DNA of 59,373 nucleotides from an uncultured Acidobacteriota bacterium (GCA_964568735.1 CAZMRF010000008.1:42261-101633); one strand, 5' to 3'; positions 1 through 10,367 are shown, counted from the stretch's first letter. The notes: generated from the letters alone by a model not told the origin. Made by a program: numbers and translations.

Positions 1-1336
1 AGAACGAGACCATCGCCGTCTACGACTTCGGAGGGGGCACCTTCGACATCTCCATCCTGGAGGTCGGTGAGGGCGTGGTCGAGGTGAAGTCCACGAACGG
101 CGACACGCACCTGGGTGGTGACGACATCGATCAGAAGATCATCGAGTGGATCGTCAGCGAATTCAGGAAGGACCAGGGAATCGACCTCGGCAACGACAAG
201 ATCGCGCTGCAGCGGCTGAAGGAAGCCGCCGAGAAGGCCAAGTGCGAGCTCTCCACGACCGTCGAGACGGAGATCAACCTGCCCTTCATCACGGCCGATT
301 CCTCCGGCCCCAAACATCTCCTGATCAAGCTGTCCCGGGCCACGTTCGAGTCGCTCGTCGACGACCTGATCCAGCGGACGGTTGAACCGTGCCGGCGGGC
401 GATGGCGGACGCGAAGCTCACGCCGGAGCAGATCCACGAGGTGGTCCTCGTGGGCGGCTCGACGCGGATTCCGAAGGTCCAGCAGGTGGTCAAGGAGTTC
501 TTCGCCCGGGAGCCTCACAAGGGCGTCAATCCCGACGAAGTCGTGGCCGTGGGAGCCGCCGTCCAGGGCGGAGTGCTGGGTGGAGAGGTCAAGGACATTC
601 TCCTCCTGGACGTCACCCCTCTCTCTCTCGGCATCGAGAGCGCAACACCACGATCCCGACGAAGCGAAGCCAGGTCTTTTCGACGGCCGAGGACGACCAG
701 CCTTCCGTCGACGTGAAGGTCTGCCAGGGCGAGCGCGAGATGGCCCGGCACAACAAGGTGCTCGGCAACTTCAGGCTGGAGGGCATTCCAGCCGCCCCCC
801 GCGGGGTGCCGCAGATCGAGGTCACGTTCGACATCGATGCCAACGGGATCCTCCACGTTTCCGCGAAGGACACCGGCACGGGCCGCGAGCAGAAGATCCG
901 CATCGAGGCAAGCAGCGGGTTGAGCAAGGACGAAGTTGAGAAGATGAGGCGCGAGGCGGAGACGCACGTGGAGGAGGATACGAAGTTCCGCGAGGAGGCC
1001 GAGCTGCGGAATCGCGCGGACGCGGCCGTCCATTCCACCGAGAAGATGCTCAAGGAGGCGGGCGAGAAGCTCCCGGCATCCGACAGGGAGGCGATCCAGA
1101 AGGAGTTGACCGCGCTTCGCACCGCGCTGAAGGGGGGCACCGGTCCCGAGATCCAGAGGGCGATGGAGGGTCTGACCGCGGCACAGCACGAGATGGCTCA
1201 GCGCGTTTACTCGACCAAGGCCGCCGGCACGAGCCCGGAGGGCGAAGGCGCGGGACGCGCCCCCGGGGCCCCCGAGGGCGGCAAGGAGAGCGACGTCGTG
1301 GATGCGGAGTTCGTCGACGTGGACGACAAGAAATAG
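1..1336 (+). CDS. dnaK: Molecular chaperone DnaK (Hsp70), C-terminal ~2/3; 5' end cut by the window edge. Reading frame switches from +3 to +2 at about nt 636-641, so this is a possible pseudogene or an assembly error.
   Basis: Frame +3 (75..716) gives canonical Hsp70 sequence ([49 protein letters not shown]). Frame +2 (389..1336 ORF) continues with NTTIPTK...[20 protein letters not shown]...[10 protein letters not shown]. About 10 residues (TLGGVMTKLI) are missing at the junction. Confidence 0.85.
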
Positions 1337-1428
1337 ATTGTCAACAACACCTCCCGGCACTATGATGGAGCCCGCTCTGAACGGGGCCTGTGGGTCGAGC
1401 ATGGGGGCCATCATCCGGGAGAGGGTGG

Positions 1429-2310
1429 ATGCAACAGGGGAACCGCCCAGAACGCGGAGGCTCCAGTTCACAGAGTCTGAAGAAGTATCTTCAAGAGATC
1501 GCAAAGCTCCCGCGGATCACTGCCGACGAAGAGAAGAAGCTCGGGGCCCGGATCAAGCGGGGTGGCAGAGAGGGACGGGAGGCCATCCAGAAGCTCGTGG
1601 AGGCCAACCTCCGGTTCGTCGTCAGCTTTGCCAAGAAGTACCGCGGCTGCGGACTCTCCTTCCTTGACCTGATCAACGAAGGCAACATCGGCCTCATCGA
1701 GGCGGCGAAGCGCTTCGACCCCGGCAAGAACGTCAAGTTCATCACCTACGCCGTCTGGTGGATCCGGCAGTCGATCGTCCACGCTCTCTCCGATCAGAGC
1801 GGGGCCTTCAGGCTCCCCCAGAAGCAGGCCAACCTCCTCTACCGGATCGGCAAGACGATCCAGCAGCTCACGCTCGAGAACGAGCGGGCGCCGAGCCCGG
1901 AGGAAATCGCGGACCGGCTGAAGATCCAGCCGGAGGAGGTCACCGCGCTGCTCCGGGTCGCCGACGACAACGTCTCTCTCAGCACCGTGATCGACGAGGA
2001 GCACAACTTCCACGTCGCGGACAAGATCGAGCAGGATTCGGTGACGGCCCCGGACGAGAACTACTTCCGCTCCTCGCTCAAGGACCTCATCCGCGGCTGC
2101 CTGGAGGACCTCGACGACAAGGAAGAGCTCGTGGTCCGGCTCCGCTTCGGGCTTGCCGAAGGAGGCGGGGAGAAGGACCCGATGACGTTGAAGGAGATTG
2201 GCGATATCCTCCACCTGTCCAGGGAGCGGATCCGGCAGATCGAGGCCCAGGCGCTCGAGAAGATGTTCCGTTCCGAACGAGTCCAGCATCTCAGGATCTA
2301 CTTGAACTGA
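1429..2310 (+). CDS. RNA polymerase sigma factor, sigma-70 family (RpoD/RpoS-like, no region 1.1). The ORF can extend to a GTG at 1390.
   Basis: Regions 2-4 are recognisable: [54 protein letters not shown], and a C-terminal HTH ([27 protein letters not shown]). About 293 aa. Confidence 0.85.
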   Translation: MQQGNRPERGGSSSQSLKKYLQEIAKLPRITADEEKKLGARIKRGGREGREAIQKLVEANLRFVVSFAKKYRGCGLSFLDLINEGNIGLIEAAKRFDPGKNVKFITYAVWWIRQSIVHALSDQSGAFRLPQKQANLLYRIGKTIQQLTLENERAPSPEEIADRLKIQPEEVTALLRVADDNVSLSTVIDEEHNFHVADKIEQDSVTAPDENYFRSSLKDLIRGCLEDLDDKEELVVRLRFGLAEGGGEKDPMTLKEIGDILHLSRERIRQIEAQALEKMFRSERVQHLRIYLN

Positions 2311-2404
2311 CGCCGGAAGCGCCAGGGCATCAGGATTGGTCGTGACGGGCTCCCGGGAGCCTCTCGGAGGCGTGACCCGGGCAGGCTCACAGAGGCTCTC
2401 TCCC

Positions 2405-3244
2405 ATGAGGCCCGACAGCACCCCTCGTCCAGCAGGCGCCCCCGATCGCTCGCCGCCCCCCGCGAGCGTCAGGTGTCCCGACTGCGGAGGAACCGGGTTT
2501 CGCGTGATCCGGGAGGGCGGCAGCGGCCGAAGCTATGCCGGCCCCTGCCCCTGCACGCGGGAAGAGAGGGTCCGGGCCCTGCTCCGGCGCGCCCGCATCC
2601 CGAGCCGCTACTCCGCCTGTGACTTCGGGTCCTTCTCCACCGACGCTCGCTTCGATCCGTCCATCGAGAGGGCCTGCATGGCAACGCGCGAGTTCGTCCA
2701 GAGCTACTCGGCGCGCCGGGCCCGCGAGGAGGCGGAGTTCGGCCTGCTGCTCCTCGGCCCCCCCGGGGTGGGGAAGACGCACCTCGCGGTGGCCGCGCTG
2801 CGCGAGCTGATCCTCGAGCACGGGGTCCAGGGGCTTTTCGCCGACTTCCGCGAGCTCATCAAGAGCCTGCAGGCCTCCTACGATCCGCTCGCGCAGGACT
2901 CCGAGATGGAGCTTCTCCGGCCCCTCGTCCAGGCCGAAGTCCTGGTCTTCGACGACCTGGGCGCGGCCCGGATGACCGAGTGGGTCCGCGACATGGTCGG
3001 CCACATCGTCAACAGCCGCTACAACGAACGGAAAGTCACCCTCATCACCAGCAACCTCAGCGACGCTCCCGCGGGCAAGGACTCGAACCACCCGGTTCTC
3101 ACCGAGCGGATCGGCCCGGCGGTTCGATCGAGGCTGCACGAGATGTGCGTGTCGGTCGAGATCACGGGGAAGGACTTTCGTGTCAATGAGGACTTCCGCC
3201 TCAACGTGAAGCGATCGACCCGCCGGCCTCGCCGGCGGAGCTGA
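2405..3244 (+). CDS. DnaC/IstB-family AAA+ ATPase with N-terminal C4 zinc ribbon (helicase-loader-like). The ORF can extend to 2336.
   Basis: CPDCGGTG...CPC zinc ribbon; Walker A LLLGPPGVGKTHLAVA; Walker B VLVFDDLG; sensor LITSNL. No transposase partner nearby. Confidence 0.7.
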   Translation: MRPDSTPRPAGAPDRSPPPASVRCPDCGGTGFRVIREGGSGRSYAGPCPCTREERVRALLRRARIPSRYSACDFGSFSTDARFDPSIERACMATREFVQSYSARRAREEAEFGLLLLGPPGVGKTHLAVAALRELILEHGVQGLFADFRELIKSLQASYDPLAQDSEMELLRPLVQAEVLVFDDLGAARMTEWVRDMVGHIVNSRYNERKVTLITSNLSDAPAGKDSNHPVLTERIGPAVRSRLHEMCVSVEITGKDFRVNEDFRLNVKRSTRRPRRRS

Positions 3245-3344
3245 GCGGGAATTCCCCGAGCCCGGCGGGCGTTACGCCGGACAAGCTCCCGAGCCTCTGA
3301 TAGAATCCAGCCGGCCTCCTGCACTCCCTGACCGGAGTCTCCCC

Positions 3345-4529
3345 TTGGACAGCGAGATCATCGTCCTGCACGGCGCCCGCACGGGCATGGCCGCCTACAA
3401 CGGCCGTCTTGCCGGCCTGAGCGAGATCGAGCTGGGATCGCTGGCTGCACGCGGCGCCCTCGTGCGCAGCGGCGTTCCAGCCGAGGCCGTCGATCACGTG
3501 ATCATGGGCAACGCCCTGCAGACATCGGGGAACGCGGCCTACGGGGCGCGCCACGTCGCGCTGAAGGCGGGGATTCCGGAGCGGGTTCCGGCTCTCACCG
3601 TCAACCGGCTCTGCGGATCGGGCATCCAGGCCGTGATCTCCGCCTCCCACATGATTGCAGCCGGCGAAGCGGAGGTCTGCGTCGCCGGGGGCATGGAGAA
3701 CATGTCCCAGGCCCCTCACGTCATCCGGGGAGCACGCAGGGGATTCCGGCTGGGTGAAGGGCGGCTCGAGGATTCCCTCGTCGTGGCACTCACGGACGGC
3801 TACTGCGGGTTGATGATGGCCGAAACGGCCGAGGTCCTCGCTCGTGAGGCGGGCATCACGCGGAGGGAGTGCGATGCCTATGCCCTCCGGAGCCAGCAGG
3901 CCGCGGAAGCCGCCTGGCAGGCCGGGCGCTTCCAGGAGGAGATCGTGCCGGTGGAGATCCGGGAGAAAGGCCGCGTTCAGGAATTCGCCGAAGACGATCA
4001 CCGGCGGCCGCAGACGACCTCAGACGCGCTCGCGGCCCTGCCCCCCGCCTTCGGTCGCGGCGAGCTGGTCACCGCAGGGAACGCCTCGGGGATCGTGGAT
4101 GGAGCCGCCGCGCTCGTCCTGTCCGGGGCTCGCCGGGCCGAGGCGGAGGGATGGACCCGGCTCGGCCGGCTCGCCGGCTGGGGATACGCGGGCGTCCCGC
4201 CTAGAATCATGGGGATCGGCCCCGTCCCCGCCATCCGCGCAGCACTCGATCGCGCGGGCCTCTCCATCGACGAGATCGATCTCTTGGAGATCAACGAAGC
4301 CTTCGCTGCTCAATACCTCGCCGTCGAGAAGGAGCTGCACCTGGATCGGGAGAAGGTGAACGTGAACGGAGGCGCGATCGCCCTGGGGCATCCCCTGGGC
4401 GCAACGGGCGCCCGGCTCGTCCTCACACTCCTCCTCGAGCTGCGGCGGCGTGGCGCACGGTACGGGGTGGCGGCAGCCTGCATCGGCGGGGGGCAGGGCA
4501 TCGCCCTCGTCGTCGACGCTCAATGCTGA
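3345..4529 (+). CDS. Acetyl-CoA C-acetyltransferase (thiolase II)
   Basis: 394 aa. Thiolase active-site region [12 protein letters not shown] and C-terminal [19 protein letters not shown]...[15 protein letters not shown]. Confidence 0.9.
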   Translation: MDSEIIVLHGARTGMAAYNGRLAGLSEIELGSLAARGALVRSGVPAEAVDHVIMGNALQTSGNAAYGARHVALKAGIPERVPALTVNRLCGSGIQAVISASHMIAAGEAEVCVAGGMENMSQAPHVIRGARRGFRLGEGRLEDSLVVALTDGYCGLMMAETAEVLAREAGITRRECDAYALRSQQAAEAAWQAGRFQEEIVPVEIREKGRVQEFAEDDHRRPQTTSDALAALPPAFGRGELVTAGNASGIVDGAAALVLSGARRAEAEGWTRLGRLAGWGYAGVPPRIMGIGPVPAIRAALDRAGLSIDEIDLLEINEAFAAQYLAVEKELHLDREKVNVNGGAIALGHPLGATGARLVLTLLLELRRRGARYGVAAACIGGGQGIALVVDAQC

Positions 4530-4636
4530 GGGATGCCATGATTCGGACGAAGAACTAGCTCCGCAGAGTCACGACAGATTCGCCGCGGCCCCGTGGTGCT
4601 CCGGCCCGCGGCGGACCCTGGTCCGGGAGAGATGCC

Positions 4637-5419
4637 ATGACCTACAAGAACCTCCTCTACGAGAACAACGACGGCGTCGTCCGCATCACCGTCAACCGTC
4701 CCGAGAAGCTCAACGCGCTGAACCGCGAGACTCTCCGAGAGCTCGACCAGGCGCTCTCCATGTACCAGGGCGACGACGCAGCCCGTGCGCTCATCGTGAC
4801 GGGCAGTGGCTCGCGCGCCTTCGTGGCGGGGGCCGATATCGCCGAGCTCGCGGAGCAGACACCCCGGGAAGGCCAGGACTACGCGCTCTACGGGCAATCC
4901 GTTCTCTCCCGGCTCGAGCGCAGCCGGAAGCCGACCATCGCCGCCATCAACGGTTTCGCGCTCGGGGGCGGGCTCGAGCTCGCGCTCGCCTGTCAGATCC
5001 GGGTCGCGGCGGAGGGGGCCTCCCTCGGCCTGCCGGAGGTCACTCTCGGCCTCATCCCGGGGTTCGGGGGCACCCAGCGGCTGCCTCGCCTCGTGGGGCG
5101 CGGGAAGGCTCTCGAGCTGATCCTGACGGGCGACCGGCTGGATGCCCAGGAGGCCTTGAAGACGGGCCTCGTCAACAGGGTCGTCCCCGCCGATCAGCTC
5201 ATCGAAACCTGCGAGAAGCTCGCAAAGACCATACTCTCGCGTGGGCCCATCGCCGTCAGCTTCGCCATCGACTCGGTCAACAGGGGACTCGACATGCCCC
5301 TCTCGGAGGGGCTCTTCCTCGAAGCGGGTCTTTTCGGCCTCTTGACGGCCACCGATGATGCCAGGGAAGGGACCGGCGCCTTCCTGGAAAAGCGCAAGCC
5401 CGCATTCCGCGGACGGTGA
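4637..5419 (+). CDS. Enoyl-CoA hydratase (crotonase family)
   Basis: 260 aa. Crotonase motifs AFVAGADI, INGFALGGGLELALACQIRVAAE, GLIPGFGGTQRLPR. Confidence 0.9.
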   Translation: MTYKNLLYENNDGVVRITVNRPEKLNALNRETLRELDQALSMYQGDDAARALIVTGSGSRAFVAGADIAELAEQTPREGQDYALYGQSVLSRLERSRKPTIAAINGFALGGGLELALACQIRVAAEGASLGLPEVTLGLIPGFGGTQRLPRLVGRGKALELILTGDRLDAQEALKTGLVNRVVPADQLIETCEKLAKTILSRGPIAVSFAIDSVNRGLDMPLSEGLFLEAGLFGLLTATDDAREGTGAFLEKRKPAFRGR

Positions 5420-5436
5420 CGGGGAGGGCCTGTCCG

Positions 5437-7551
5437 ATGGCTCTCGATCTTCCAGCGAGCCTGCCCGGCCGGGCCTCTCCGCGCAACCCGCTCAGCGGGC
5501 TGCGCTATGCCGTCCTGATCCTCCTCGTGCTCCTGACGGGCGCCGTGGCCTACCTGATCGCCGACAGGTCGCGCGGCGAAGGCGGCCCTCCTCTCACGTC
5601 GCTGGAAACGGGCGAGGGGGTGGCGCAGCGCTCGCTGAACCTCGACCTCAAGCGAACGCGCCGCGGGCTCCCCTCGCTGCAGATCACGGCCCGCGAGGCG
5701 CTGACCTACCGCGCCGGAGGCACCGTGCTTCACGACGTGTCCGTCACCGTTTTCGACGAGGGTCAGGAGCGGACGGAGATCTCGGCGCCGCTCGCGGTGT
5801 CGGGTGAGGCCTCCGCGGGGGGGTGGAGCTTCCGGGAGGGAGTCGTCTTGAAGAACGAGCGGGGCCTGCACGTGGAGGTCCCCGAGATCACCTACCGCGA
5901 ATCTCCCCCTGAGCTCAACGCGACGGGCGAGGTGGTGTTCAGCACAGGGAGCGTCGAGGGGAGGGCGAGGGGCCTCCGTTACCTGGTGGCCCGGCGCCGG
6001 CTCGAGTTCCTCTCCGACGTGAGCATCTCGGCCGCCGACTCCTCGGGAGCGCAGCGCACGATCCTGGCGACCTCGGCACGGCTGGACCCCCGATCCGACC
6101 TCGTGACCTTCATGGGCTACGTGATGCAGAGCTCGACGGGCCAGACGCTCTCGGGGAGCCTGGTCGAGGTGGGCCTCGAAGCCGAGGGAAGCAACAAGCG
6201 CGTGCGCTCCCTGCGAGCCCTCCGCGGCTTCCGCGCGTTCTTTCCCGCGGATCCAGCCGGAGGCGCGCCGGTATCGGCTGAAGGCCACACCCTGACGGGA
6301 GACAGGCTGGAGCTGCAGCTGGATCCGGAGGGCCTCCCTGTCGCCGTCTTCGCGGAAGGGGGGGTCCGCCTCGCCGACGGCAACCCGGAGGAGCACCCGA
6401 GGAGTCTCTCGAGCGACCGGCTCGACGCGGAATTCCGGGAGGGCCGGATCGTGAAGGTGACCGCGAGCCAATCGGCGCAGCTTCAGATTCCCGCTGCGAG
6501 GGACCCGCGCGGCGAGAGCGCGACCGTCGATGCGGGGAGGATCACCGCCGGCATCGACCAGGCCGGCCGGAGCTTCGAGGCCATCGAGGCCGAGGGAGAT
6601 GTGAAGGTTTCCCACGGGACGAGGACTCTCGAGTCGCCGAAGCTCCGCTACGAGCCCTCGCAGGAGAGGTGGATCCTGAGCGGAAGCGCGGAGAGCCCGG
6701 CAAGCCTGACGACGGAGGGCGCCACGATTGCGGCGAACGAGATCGAGATCGACAGAACCCAGGAGATCCTCCTGGCACGGGGCCGCGTCAAGACCACGAC
6801 CTCCTCCCCCGCGAGCCCCGCGACTCCGGGTGCCGGGACTCCTGCTGCCGGGACGACGGTGCCTGGAGCTGGAGCTCGCGGCCTGGAGGGGCTCTTCGGC
6901 TCAGAGGGAGGCGCCCTTCACGCGATGTCGGAACGGTTGAGGCTCCAGATGAAGGAGCGGCAGGCGAGGTACACCGGAGGAGTGAGGATCTGGAAAGGGA
7001 GCGGCAGCATCGAAGCGCTGGAGGTCCGATTCTCCGAGGCCGAGGGACTCCTCGACGCCGAAGGGGGAGTGGTCGCCCGCATCCCCGTCGAGGGCGCCTC
7101 GGATCCTTCAACGCGCACCGTCACGATCACCTCGTCGAGCCTGCGCTACCGCAGGGATGCCATGGATGCCCGGTTCGGGGGGGGGACCGTGGCCACGACG
7201 GGGGGCCTCAGGATCCAGGCCGAGAGCATGCACGCCACCGGCACGACGCTGGAAGGGCTCAGGCAGCTCGAGGCCGATGGAGGCGTGACCCTTCGGCAGG
7301 GGAGGATCCTCGGCGAAGGCGATCGACTCGTGGCCGATTTCCCATCCGAGCGTTTCTCGCTCATCGGGAAGGGGCGACTCGCAACGATGCAAGATCAGTC
7401 TAATCAGCAGGTTGCGCGTGGGGCTGTGTTGACTTACGAGAGGTCGACTGGTAGGATTCAAGTCGAGTCCGAATCGGGCGGAAGGACCTGGATCACGCTT
7501 CGGCCGACGTCGGAAGAGGGTGAGCGCGGTGATCCGAAGCCTCCACGCTGA
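5437..7551 (+). CDS. LPS-transport periplasmic protein, LptC/LptA-like (OstA-like), apparently a single long membrane-anchored protein. A GTG at 5416 overlaps the upstream stop.
   Basis: N-terminal TM helix ([19 protein letters not shown]) as in LptC. A long periplasmic portion sits in the syntenic position immediately upstream of lptB-rpoN-hpf. 700+ aa instead of separate ~190-aa LptC and LptA. The LptC/LptA-like identity rests on synteny and the TM anchor, not on a recognised OstA motif. Confidence 0.55.
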   Translation: MALDLPASLPGRASPRNPLSGLRYAVLILLVLLTGAVAYLIADRSRGEGGPPLTSLETGEGVAQRSLNLDLKRTRRGLPSLQITAREALTYRAGGTVLHDVSVTVFDEGQERTEISAPLAVSGEASAGGWSFREGVVLKNERGLHVEVPEITYRESPPELNATGEVVFSTGSVEGRARGLRYLVARRRLEFLSDVSISAADSSGAQRTILATSARLDPRSDLVTFMGYVMQSSTGQTLSGSLVEVGLEAEGSNKRVRSLRALRGFRAFFPADPAGGAPVSAEGHTLTGDRLELQLDPEGLPVAVFAEGGVRLADGNPEEHPRSLSSDRLDAEFREGRIVKVTASQSAQLQIPAARDPRGESATVDAGRITAGIDQAGRSFEAIEAEGDVKVSHGTRTLESPKLRYEPSQERWILSGSAESPASLTTEGATIAANEIEIDRTQEILLARGRVKTTTSSPASPATPGAGTPAAGTTVPGAGARGLEGLFGSEGGALHAMSERLRLQMKERQARYTGGVRIWKGSGSIEALEVRFSEAEGLLDAEGGVVARIPVEGASDPSTRTVTITSSSLRYRRDAMDARFGGGTVATTGGLRIQAESMHATGTTLEGLRQLEADGGVTLRQGRILGEGDRLVADFPSERFSLIGKGRLATMQDQSNQQVARGAVLTYERSTGRIQVESESGGRTWITLRPTSEEGERGDPKPPR
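7429..7457 (+). promoter_or_regulatory. Candidate sigma-70 promoter for lptB inside the 3' end of the upstream gene (TTGACT-17-TAGGAT)
   Basis: TTGACT at 7429-7434, 17-nt spacer, TAGGAT at 7452-7457, lying in a local low-GC island (7380-7470), ~60 nt upstream of the lptB start. Confidence 0.35.
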
Positions 7552-8257
7552 AGGAATTTCGAAGAGCTACCGGAAGCGTCACGTCGTCACAGACGTGACC
7601 CTGCGCATACAGGGCGGGGAGATTGTCGGTCTCCTGGGTCCCAACGGCGCCGGCAAGACCACCACCTTCGGATGCATCCTGGGCCTCGTTCGGCCCGACA
7701 GAGGCCGGGTCACCCTCGACGACCAGGACATCACCTCTCTTCCGATGTATCTGCGCGCCCGCCGCGGGCTCGGATACCTGCCCCAGGAAGCTTCGGTCTT
7801 CCGGAAGATGACGGTGGAGGACAACCTCCTCGCCATCCTCGAGACGCTTCGATTGGGGAGCGACGAGATGCGCGAGCGCTCCGCGAGCCTCCTTGAGGAG
7901 TTCGGTCTCTCCCACCTCGCGCGGCAGAAGGGCTCGACGCTCTCCGGGGGCGAACGACGCCGGCTCGAGATCGCACGGGCCCTCACGACGAGTCCATCCT
8001 TCATTCTCCTCGACGAACCCTTCGCGGGGATCGATCCCATCGCCCGCGCGGATCTCCAGCGCGTCGTCGCGCATCTCAAGGAGAGAGGGTTGGGGATCCT
8101 GATCACGGATCACAACGTTCGGGAGACTTTACAAATAACCGACCGGGCGTACATTATCGCGGAGGGAACCATCCTCGAATCAGGTCCACCGGACGAACTG
8201 GCCTCGAACCCCCGCGTGCGCGAGGTTTACCTGGGGGATCAGTTCCAGCTCGCCTGA
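7520..8257 (+). CDS. lptB: LPS export ABC transporter ATP-binding protein LptB
   Basis: [45 protein letters not shown]. Sits directly upstream of rpoN. Confidence 0.92.
   Translation: MSAVIRSLHAEGISKSYRKRHVVTDVTLRIQGGEIVGLLGPNGAGKTTTFGCILGLVRPDRGRVTLDDQDITSLPMYLRARRGLGYLPQEASVFRKMTVEDNLLAILETLRLGSDEMRERSASLLEEFGLSHLARQKGSTLSGGERRRLEIARALTTSPSFILLDEPFAGIDPIARADLQRVVAHLKERGLGILITDHNVRETLQITDRAYIIAEGTILESGPPDELASNPRVREVYLGDQFQLA
8128..8159 (+). promoter_or_regulatory. Candidate promoter for rpoN inside the 3' end of lptB (TTTACA-16-TACATT)
   Basis: TTTACA at 8128-8133, 16-nt spacer, TACATTATCG at 8150-8159, in a low-GC patch ~125 nt upstream of rpoN. Confidence 0.3.
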
Positions 8258-8283
8258 TCCTCGATCAGAGCGAAGCAGAAAAC

Positions 8284-9750
8284 ATGGCGCTCGAGCAGAA
8301 ACTCAACATCAAGATGAGCCAAAAGCTCATCATGACGCCGTCGCTGCAGCAAGCGATCAAGCTGCTGCAGTTGAGCAAGCTCGAACTCCTCGAAGAGATC
8401 ACGCACGAGCTGGTCGAAAACCCGGTCCTCGAGGAAGGCACGGAGGTCACGCAGAGCGAGCAGGAGGTGAAGGAAGAGGCGGCAGCTCCTGTCGCCGAGG
8501 GCGCCCCGGCCGCAGCAACGACGCCGGCCGAGGGAGACGGGAAGGAGACCTTCGGCGACGACTTCCTCGACGCCTTCTACGAGAACTTCATCCAGTCCTC
8601 GTACGAGCCCAGGGCCCCCGTCGAGCAGATCGACCTCCCGTCCTTCGAGGCCACGCTCACCAAGCCGCAGACGCTCACCGATCACCTCGAGTGGCAGCTC
8701 GAAGCGAGCGCCGTCGACGACCGGGTCAGGGAGATCGCCGAGGCGATCATCGGCAACCTCAACGACGACGGATACCTCGGGGCGACGGTGGAGGAGCTCC
8801 AGGCGATGGGGCCCTACCGGCCGGAGGAGGTCGAGCGCGCCCTCACGCTCGTGAGGAGCCTGGATCCTCCCGGTGTGGCTGCGCGCGACCTGCGCGAGTG
8901 CCTGCTCATCCAGCTGGAGCACCTCGGCCTCGCCGCGAGCCACGCCGGCGGGATCGTCCGCGACCACTTCGATCAGCTGCAGGGCCACCGGTATCCTGCC
9001 CTCGCGCAGGAGCTCGGGTGCGACATGGCCGAGCTCAGCGCCGCCATCGACGTCATCCGGCACCTGGACCCCTCCCCGGGACTTCGATACAACTCGCGCC
9101 GCTCCCAGTACGTCACGCCCGACGTATTCGTCGTGAAGGTGGAGCGCGCTGAGTATAAGGTCGTCCTGAACGAGGACGGCATGCCGCGGCTGCGGATCAG
9201 CGGCCACTACCGGCGGATGCTCGACCATCAGAACCCCGCCGCGGACAGGGAGGCGCGCTCCTATATCCGGGAGAAGGTCCGCGCCGCGCACAGGTTCATC
9301 AAGAGCCTCGACGAGCGCCAGCGCACCATCTTCAAGGTCGCAACCAGCATCGTCAAGCACGAGAGGGACTTCCTGGACCACGGCATCAATCACATGCGCC
9401 CTCTCATCCTCCGCGATGTTGCGGAGGACATCGGGATGCACGAGTCCACGGTAAGCCGCGTCGTCAACAACAAGTACATGCACACTCCCCGCGGGCTCTA
9501 CGAGATGCGGTATTTCTTTCATGCGGCCGTCCCCGGCTCGGCGGGCGAGGACATCTCTTCGCTCAAGGTGAAGGAAAAGATCCGCGAGATCGTCGCATCG
9601 GAGGACAACCAGAGCCCGCTGAGCGACGCGCACATCGTCAAGCTCCTATCCGAGGAGCATGGCATCAGGATCGCGCGAAGGACGGTGGCCAAGTACCGCG
9701 GAGAGCTCAGGATCCCGTCCTCGAACGATCGGAGGCAACCCCTGGCGTGA
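8284..9750 (+). CDS. rpoN: RNA polymerase sigma-54 factor RpoN
   Basis: N-terminal MALEQKLNIKMSQKLIMTPSLQQAIKLLQLSKLEL; C-terminal RpoN box ARRTVAKYRGELRIPSS; 488 aa. Confidence 0.95.
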   Translation: MALEQKLNIKMSQKLIMTPSLQQAIKLLQLSKLELLEEITHELVENPVLEEGTEVTQSEQEVKEEAAAPVAEGAPAAATTPAEGDGKETFGDDFLDAFYENFIQSSYEPRAPVEQIDLPSFEATLTKPQTLTDHLEWQLEASAVDDRVREIAEAIIGNLNDDGYLGATVEELQAMGPYRPEEVERALTLVRSLDPPGVAARDLRECLLIQLEHLGLAASHAGGIVRDHFDQLQGHRYPALAQELGCDMAELSAAIDVIRHLDPSPGLRYNSRRSQYVTPDVFVVKVERAEYKVVLNEDGMPRLRISGHYRRMLDHQNPAADREARSYIREKVRAAHRFIKSLDERQRTIFKVATSIVKHERDFLDHGINHMRPLILRDVAEDIGMHESTVSRVVNNKYMHTPRGLYEMRYFFHAAVPGSAGEDISSLKVKEKIREIVASEDNQSPLSDAHIVKLLSEEHGIRIARRTVAKYRGELRIPSSNDRRQPLA

Positions 9751-9773
9751 CCCCGACCAATGAGAACTCCGAC

Positions 9774-10367
9774 ATGAAGCTCGAGATCACGGGACGGCAC
9801 GTGAAGGTAACGCCCGCTCTCAGGACCTTCGCGAGCGAGAAGCTCGAGAAAATCCGGCGCCTCGTGGACGGATCCCTCGAGATTCACGTGATCCTCACCG
9901 TCGAGAAGCACCGGCACTCGGCCGAGATCCTCGTCCATGGCCGGCACCTCGGACTGAGCGCCCGCGAGGTGACTCAGGACATGTACACCTCCATCGGCGA
10001 GTGCGTGGAGAAGCTGGAAACCCAGGCGAGGAAGCAGAAGGAGAAGCTCACCACGCGCAGGAGGAGGGCCGCAGCACTGTCCGAGTCTCCGGTGGAAGCT
10101 CCTTCCGTGCCCGAGAGGACCAAGTCCAGCCGGGCGCCTGCGGCCGCGCGGCGACGCAAGGCCTCCGATGGCGCTGACGCAGACGGGCTCCAGATCGTCC
10201 GCACCTCCATGCCCCGTCGCAAACCCATGTCGGTGGAGGAGGCGGCCGTGCAGGTCATGGAAACCGACCTGGGCTTCATCGTCTTCCGCAACGATCGCTC
10301 CCAATCGATCAACATCCTCTACCGGCGGAAAGACGGGCGGCTCGGCCTTATCGAGCCGGAGAGCTGA
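9774..10367 (+). CDS. hpf: Ribosome hibernation-promoting factor (long HPF / sigma-54 modulation protein)
   Basis: MKLEITGRHVKVTPALRTFASEKLEKI... plus a C-terminal dimerisation domain (VVRTSMPRRKPMSVEEAAVQV...). Canonical position after rpoN. Confidence 0.9.
   Translation: MKLEITGRHVKVTPALRTFASEKLEKIRRLVDGSLEIHVILTVEKHRHSAEILVHGRHLGLSAREVTQDMYTSIGECVEKLETQARKQKEKLTTRRRRAAALSESPVEAPSVPERTKSSRAPAAARRRKASDGADADGLQIVRTSMPRRKPMSVEEAAVQVMETDLGFIVFRNDRSQSINILYRRKDGRLGLIEPES

Noticed and set aside
7569-7590. Near-perfect palindrome GTCACGTC-gtcaca-GACGTGAC inside the lptB 5' coding region
   Set aside because: It encodes the conserved RHVVTDVT segment, so the symmetry is most simply explained by codon choice. 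There is no flanking AT-rich or intergenic context.
9876-9892. parS-like core TTCACGTGA inside hpf
   Set aside because: It matches the 16-bp parS consensus at only ~10 of 16 positions and lies within coding sequence. It is not convincing as a centromere site.
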